Source: Amphiscolops sp. MND2022 (taxonomy: Eukaryota). Taken from it: DNA of 64,000 nucleotides. The stretch lies in assembly GCA_964187785.1 (NCBI GenBank), contig OZ076409.1, positions 29,142,001 to 29,206,000 on the forward strand, in the 5' to 3' direction. Both the position numbers and the translations under genes were made by a program. The first letter of the stretch is position 1, and every line of letters begins with the position of its first letter. The notes beneath the pieces were generated by a model. It was given only the letters and a program-made list of their open reading frames with translations. It made no database searches and was not told the origin of the DNA. Positions 58,101-64,000 of the stretch are shown here, in pieces.

Positions 58101-61100
58101 ATGTTTCACTGGGTGATGAGGTAAGTACCATTGCATATCATTCTCTGTACTGGAAACTTCTTCCTGATCCAGCTTTCGAATAAAATGGTTTTCCAAGTCC
58201 TTCTCAATGGTAGCTTTGTAAGCTTCTTTCAGTTCAAGGTCTTTCTCCAACCTTTTTTCCATCGACAAGAACTGCTGATATGCTGAGTAATAATTGTTAG
58301 GCAGATCGGGATTGTCATCAACCCACATTAAAGCAACTTCATAACGTTCACCGTTATGCTTTGTTGTTCTTTCTAAAATTGACAGTGCTCTCTTTTCTTC
58401 TTTGGATCGACCGGAGACATCACACACTGACGCGTATGTCTCCATGTCCCACCATTTTTTCATCTGATTTGGCAGTGGGTCGGATGCAACTGAAAGGTTG
58501 CAAGAAACCGATATGTTACTTGTTTCCTTTTTTGGCAAGGCTCCGCTAATGGTCCAACCCAGTGCTGTTTTAACTGCCCATGGTTGATTTCTTTCGCCAG
58601 ATTTGTATTCCAGCGGCCTGATCAAATAATAAGCATCCTGTCCGAAAATCACTTTAACATCAGTCATTGAGACTTTAATATTAGGCAGATCAGATAAATA
58701 TTGGTACTCTTCTTTTAGTTTTCTGAAGTCATAGTCTTTTTCACCAACATTTAGGTTAGGATGACTGCAGAACGTTACAGTCTCTCCAGCCGTTTCTGCT
58801 TCGCTGGAAACCACTTTGGCTGTTACTATTTGCGTTTTCAAATCAGACAAACCATGAATGCCAGCAACGGACATTACGGACTCTTTACCTTTCAACCTGA
58901 GAAGATCAACCAAACTTTGATCCATAAACGAAACAGTGGATCCGGTATCACAGAGCGCAATGGTTTCAACGCAACGTTTTTCATTACCTATCGAAATAGG
59001 AATCAGTTGTAAGAAACCGTTATTGCCTGTCGACATCATAGAAGAGCTGCCGGCCCTGCTTTGAGGCACCGAGTCTTCTGTTTTCTTGTCATTGGTGACT
59101 TTATCTATTTTCTGCGCATCAGAGTGTAGAAGTCTATTGTATTTCTTAGTGCAACCATTCACACCGCAGACACGTTCTGATTTGCAGTCTTTAATCAGGT
59201 GAGAATTAAGACAACAGAAACAAAGTTTCAGTTTTTTCAACGTTTCATACCTTTCGTTGACAGCTTGCTGTTTGAATTTGTTGCACATCCAAATTTTATG
59301 TTCGCCATCTTTTAATGGACATTGCTTAATAGAAGTTGATGTTGGTTTACCTTGGTCATTGGCAGCAAATGTTGAAGTCTTAACCTTTTCGGTTGATCCA
59401 GTGGCTTTCTTCTCAAATGGTGTTTTGAATTGCACCATCATTTCATCATGCACATAGGCAACTTTATTTAGCCACTCGCTAAATTTGCAAAGATCTGCAT
59501 TATAGTAGCTTTTGCTTTTTGCAAGGAAAAACCATTTTGATTTCAATTCAGGAGGTAACTTTCTCAAAGCTGAATTGAGGACTGATTCTGAGTACAAATC
59601 TCCAGTGAAACCAAATTGTTTTAATACGTTGACACAAGTAGTGATCAACTGAGCATACTTTATAATAGCTGCTGAGTCATGCGACTTGATAAACGGACTC
59701 AGATGGATTTGCTTCATCTGCGCATTCACAATTGTTTGCGGACGTCCGAAATTGGTAACCAAAGCGTTCCATGCAGCACTATACATGATTCCTGAGTACC
59801 CAAGACCAGCAATTGCCGCCTTGGCTTTACCTTTAAAGAGCATTTTCAAATGACTCATTTTTGCATTGTCATCGATTGGTGCGTTATGGTAGGTTGCTGT
59901 ACACGCTGGACCATTCCGGCCATTCCAATGGATCTCCGTGAAAGTCAGATAATTTTAACTTAGGTAAACTTGTTTGAACAAAAAGTACAGGTCGCTGTAC
60001 AGGTAATGCTGGGGTAAAGGAAAGAAAAGGATTTTCTACTTTGAAAGTGGGATTTGCGAATTCATGTTTAGGCTTCGGTTCGTCATTGCGTTGCTGAAGT
60101 GAAGGGTTTGTTTTCGGAAAACTGATTCCAGCGTTTTTTCTCGGAGGTGACTTACTGGTACCTCTGCTTTGAGGTTGCGAAGTCAGCAATTGATTTCTTT
60201 GAGGAGAGTGTTTTGGAAATCTCTGAGGTAGTCTTCTTGATCCATATTTGATTTCTACCTCTCTTCTAGATTCCTTCGGTTGTGAAAAGCCCTTTTCGAG
60301 ATTTTCATCACTTCGTTCTAACCAGCTTCTGATGTCACTGTTTTTGTCTTCTTCTAGTGTGAGAGACATCAAGCTGGGACAAATCGACAAAGCACGAACT
60401 GACCCCTCAGCTTCTTCTATTTGCAGTCTCATTTCGTGCTGCTCAAACGCTTTTCTGCTTTCCATTTCAGCAATTTCAGCTTCCGCTTGTAGATCTAGGA
60501 GCTTCTGATGCATCTCCATTTCCATTTGCTTTTTCGTTTTCTCTATTTTCAGTTCTCGCTGCCTTTTCTCAATTTCTAACTGAGACTTTTGTTCTAGCAC
60601 TTTAGCATGCATCTCTAAGCGTCGTAGTTCACTAACCCTTGACAACTCGGAACCCACCCTTGAGCCCAACGGTTTGCAGATATCACTTTTCGGCAAAGTT
60701 CTTGAAGGTGAGAAGTCCACTAATGAACGTCGCTTCACTGTACTCAAAGTCGCTGATCTTGTATGCCGAGGAGCAACTCCCGTACGGTTTTCACTCTTAT
60801 CAAACGCTGTGGGTTGTTTAACATCTCTTAGCAATTTCAGACTCTTTTCTAGTGTATCGTTTGCACTTTGGCGAGTTTGACTACCTTCATCACCAGTCGA
60901 TGTCACTGGAATGTCTTTCATGGAGGTAGTTTCCCCCAACCCATCTGAAGATATTGGTTGGTTCCAATGATCTTTTACTTCATTCAAACGATCGACATAG
61001 TTCAATGAATCTGTCGTCGCTTGTTGTATTTTCACACTGAAGTCTCTAATTTCCTTTTCAAACATTGACAACTCTCCAATTGATTCCGTTTTTAGCTGGC

Positions 61101-61617
61101 TACAAACACTTTCGTAAACCTTATCCAGCTTACTTTTGAATTCTTGAAGTTTTTGTATTGATGACTTCACCTTACTTGACCTTTCTTCTTGTTTCATCAA
61201 GTTGTTAATCGTATCTAATTCACTGGACAAGTTTCGCGTCATTTCGGAAAATTGATCCATGGACTTACAAAACTTCAGCAAGTCTCCTTCATCTTTTAAC
61301 TTCCGGGGAAGGCTATCGATAAATCCAAGATTTCTGAGGTGTTTACACCATTCTGTGAATCGTTCTTCGAATTCCAAATTTAGTTTTCTAAGAGCCGTTC
61401 TGCGACTACATTGGTTCTTTTCTTTCAACATTGGAAGATACAGTTCGAATTCTTTCTTCAATTCATCCTTAGACGCCCAAAACTTTAAACAAAAAATGCC
61501 CTTATCGATCCAAAGAACTGGATTGTTTGATTTGATATTTCGCAAGTCATGTTCCGTATTTCGAATGGTCGAGACAATGTCAACTACTCGTTTTTCATGA
61601 TTGATCCAGTCGCTCAA
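55137..61617 (-). pseudogene. BEL/Pao gag-pol polyprotein with two frameshifts (~59890 and ~55545)
   Basis: LPKLKLSDFHGDPLEW gag; Cys/His knuckles; CDTGS; WYLPHHPV, FGAKSSP, FYMDD (Pao RT); FSDAS; SDNGTNF, GGVWERLV (IN); LKRPVVKLAPL terminus. Confidence 0.93.
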
Positions 61618-61794
61618 TGTGGATTAGCTTTTTAACGAATCCGAAAACGGGACTTTTCTTTCAGTTCCATTTTTTGACACGGTCATTAATTGAGGATCAT
61701 AAAACCCACCTTCAGCCATTGTCTTTTGCTTTTCTCACAGCGGTCAGATAGGCAAATTTCACAAAGCTCAAATAGGTTAAATTTGCAGAGTGCC

Positions 61795-61813
61795 TTCCCG
61801 GGTCGCGGCACCA
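61795..61813 (-). promoter_or_regulatory. Primer binding site (tRNA-His-like) of the BEL/Pao element
   Basis: Minus strand TGGTGCCGCGACCCGGGAA, 3 nt after the 5' LTR; complement resembles a tRNA-His 3' end (...CGGCACCA). Confidence 0.75.
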
Positions 61814-61816
61814 AAA

Positions 61817-62968
61817 TTTTGCGTCTGCAAGGTAAACTAGCAAACTACTTACCAAGCTCTACGACGGCCTGGTAGACAATTTGCGGACAATTTCTATATC
61901 TGATATGTCCAGGAAAAGCACTTGCAAAAAAACCACTTATCAAGAACCTTCAATAGGTGATTCGCAACTAATTTCAATGAAAATTTTAGCTTGCGTTACT
62001 TTGAATAAGTTTCGGAAGTCGGTGAAGCAATTACTGCATCTTTGACTTTGCACTTATTTTGTTTCGCAAACATAAAGTAGCTTTAAACTGTGACAATAGG
62101 AATCAACTTAGCTGTTCTGATGAAGAGTAGCTTCTGTTGATCTGCTAAACCAATTGATCGATCCCAATCCTTGTGTCCACGATAACTTTCTCAAGCAAAA
62201 ATATCGCAACCATATGCAATATAATAAATTGACGTTGGAATTTCGAAACAATATAATATCACTTGTTTAACTCCAAAAAAGCTCTTCAATAGCCAGAGTT
62301 AACTGAATTAATTGTATGAGAAACTTCCAAGCTTTCACTTTCTTCAATACTTGAGTAGCAAAGTCGACTGATATGAATCTCTACTTGGTTGCTGTGAGTC
62401 TTAGTAGGAGTTAACTCTGGTTACTTTAGCATACAGGAAATACCAAATGGCGGATGTTTGTGGTTAAATTTACCATCGCCATACAAGCGCCTTGATATAT
62501 AGAATAAGCAGAAACAAACTATTTAACTGGGCTAGATGTATACACCAAATTATGTAAAAGTATATATAAAAGGCATAAATTTAAGCAAGATTAAGGCATA
62601 CATTTACACATGTTATTTGCTGTCAAATACTCAGTGAAGTTGACAAATAGTCCTCGTGGGTCCTAGAGACACCCACGTAGCCCAAATATGGAGTTCATAT
62701 TAAGTTAAATACGATAAACAAAGAATAAAGTCCAAATATACACTGACTTTGAAAAAGGAATCCAAAATGGGACGTAAGAGGGGAATTGAAAATTTTTGGC
62801 TTCGATTTTCGATTTTATAGTTTAAATCTCTCATTTGGGTCAAAATATGTCGATTGGGCGAAAACTAGCACTCAAATTCAATTCTACACATTTTTACAGC
62901 ATTTTAAAACTGGCTAACTCGACTTATTTTTCCTTCAATTTTTCGGAACAAATTTTGAGGCGCCAACA
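61817..62968 (-). repeat. 5' LTR of the BEL/Pao element (1152 bp)
   Basis: Minus strand TGTTGGCGCC...GACGCAAAA; direct repeat of 54020-55170. Confidence 0.95.
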
Positions 62969-64000
62969 TATTCAATTTTAATTTACTGCTTGAATAGCAT
63001 TGCAAATGCGTCTACATTCCACAGGAGGGATGTATTTACCAGGACAGAGAGAATTGAGAAATGTAGTACGATGCATTCGGTTCGCAACAGTAATAGCTTC
63101 TGAAGTTTCACCGCTTGGGGCTGTTGAATTAAAGTTTTTAGACTGACTTTCTTGAAGAAAGTTTTTCACCTTTCTTGCTTGTTTTCAACATTGAGTGAGT
63201 GGCTCCAGATGATTTTGGATCCAGAGTCGCCATTGAGCCGTAGTTTGAGCTGCTAGGCGTGTAAGAGTGTGCTGGGTTTGCATTGGTGTAGGTTAATGAT
63301 TGTTTTTTGGTTGTAGGGTACCGGGTACCGGGTACAGTAACTTTTGGGGGTGAAATCGAATGTAATTTCTTATTGGTCAAAATTAACCATTTGACCCTTT
63401 TGTTGGTATCCTGAGGCAGTCGGTGCATTGTAAACGGTAATTATGGCTGTTGTTGCTAGTAATTTAATGATTTCTGAATCCTTGTTCGAAATAACACATC
63501 GCATTTTTTGTAACAATTTCTTAGAAATATGAGCAAATTTTGTTAAAATGTTGTCAGATTCTTGTTAGAAATTCTCGCAAAATTTGCGTGTCTTGTACAA
63601 ACTTGCAAGATTCTTAAATAAGAAATGCATAAATGGTAAGAATTTAGGTCGAATTTTGCAAAATTTGTGATTTCCGAAAACTAGGGTTATTATGGACTTA
63701 GAAGAGTCTCGAAAGATTCTATCTCTTTCTATCTCTAAGCATTTGACTTTTCCTATTTTCCACTATCAAATGTTTCAAGCGAAACTGTTTTCAGTGACAC
63801 CTGAAACCTACTTTCCAATCGTTTCTTAGTCCAGGGAACTATGGGGCCGGTGAATTTTACAGTCGCTGTCAGACATGGGAAAGATATGTTAGAGCTGGAG
63901 CTAGACCATAAAAATGTCTCAAGTAGCAAATCGGGACCTTCTCTTTGTATTAAAGTCTCCTTACATTTCTGACACAATTAGTTTTAACAATAAGTTTGTT

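Larger units (their letters stand above)
54020..62968 (-). mobile_element. Full-length BEL/Pao LTR retrotransposon
   Basis: LTRs 54020-55170 and 61817-62968; TSD TATTC (54015-54019, 62969-62973); PBS; Pao-type polyprotein. Confidence 0.96.

Noticed and set aside
62978..63428. Minus-strand ORF fragments as further SLC44 exons
   Set aside because: No recognisable SLC44 similarity or convincing splice borders; left unassigned.

Overview
Eukaryotic (invertebrate animal-like), AT-rich, transposon-dense window. A minus-strand host gene of the choline-transporter-like family (SLC44/CTL1-like) is visible as 8 well-supported exons (18190-35867) plus a candidate micro-exon; both gene ends were not located. 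Mobile elements in or beside it: (1) a large Ty3/Gypsy element (1-15292, 5' end outside the window) with tandem protease-like domains, an integrase extended by AT-hooks and two macrodomain-like units, and a ~1360-aa third ORF with an SGNH-like domain; (2) a 5'-truncated APE-RT LINE; (3) a decayed Gypsy pol; (4) two families of Helentron-type non-autonomous elements (HINEs) and two hairpin MITEs; (5) a complete 15.7-kb Ty3/Gypsy element (38262-53925, TSD CAATC) with 1.9-kb partly coding LTRs; (6) a complete BEL/Pao element (54020-62968, TSD TATTC) whose LTRs end in AA rather than CA. The most striking feature is in element 5: an intact five-exon ANTISENSE gene (predicted 1120 aa) with a BED-like zinc finger and hAT-transposase-like body lacking the usual catalytic motifs, head-to-head with a second small ORF, while the element carries repeated GGCCTG-N6-GGCCTG dyads that could be its binding sites. 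Domain calls are by-eye motif recognition, not database searches.
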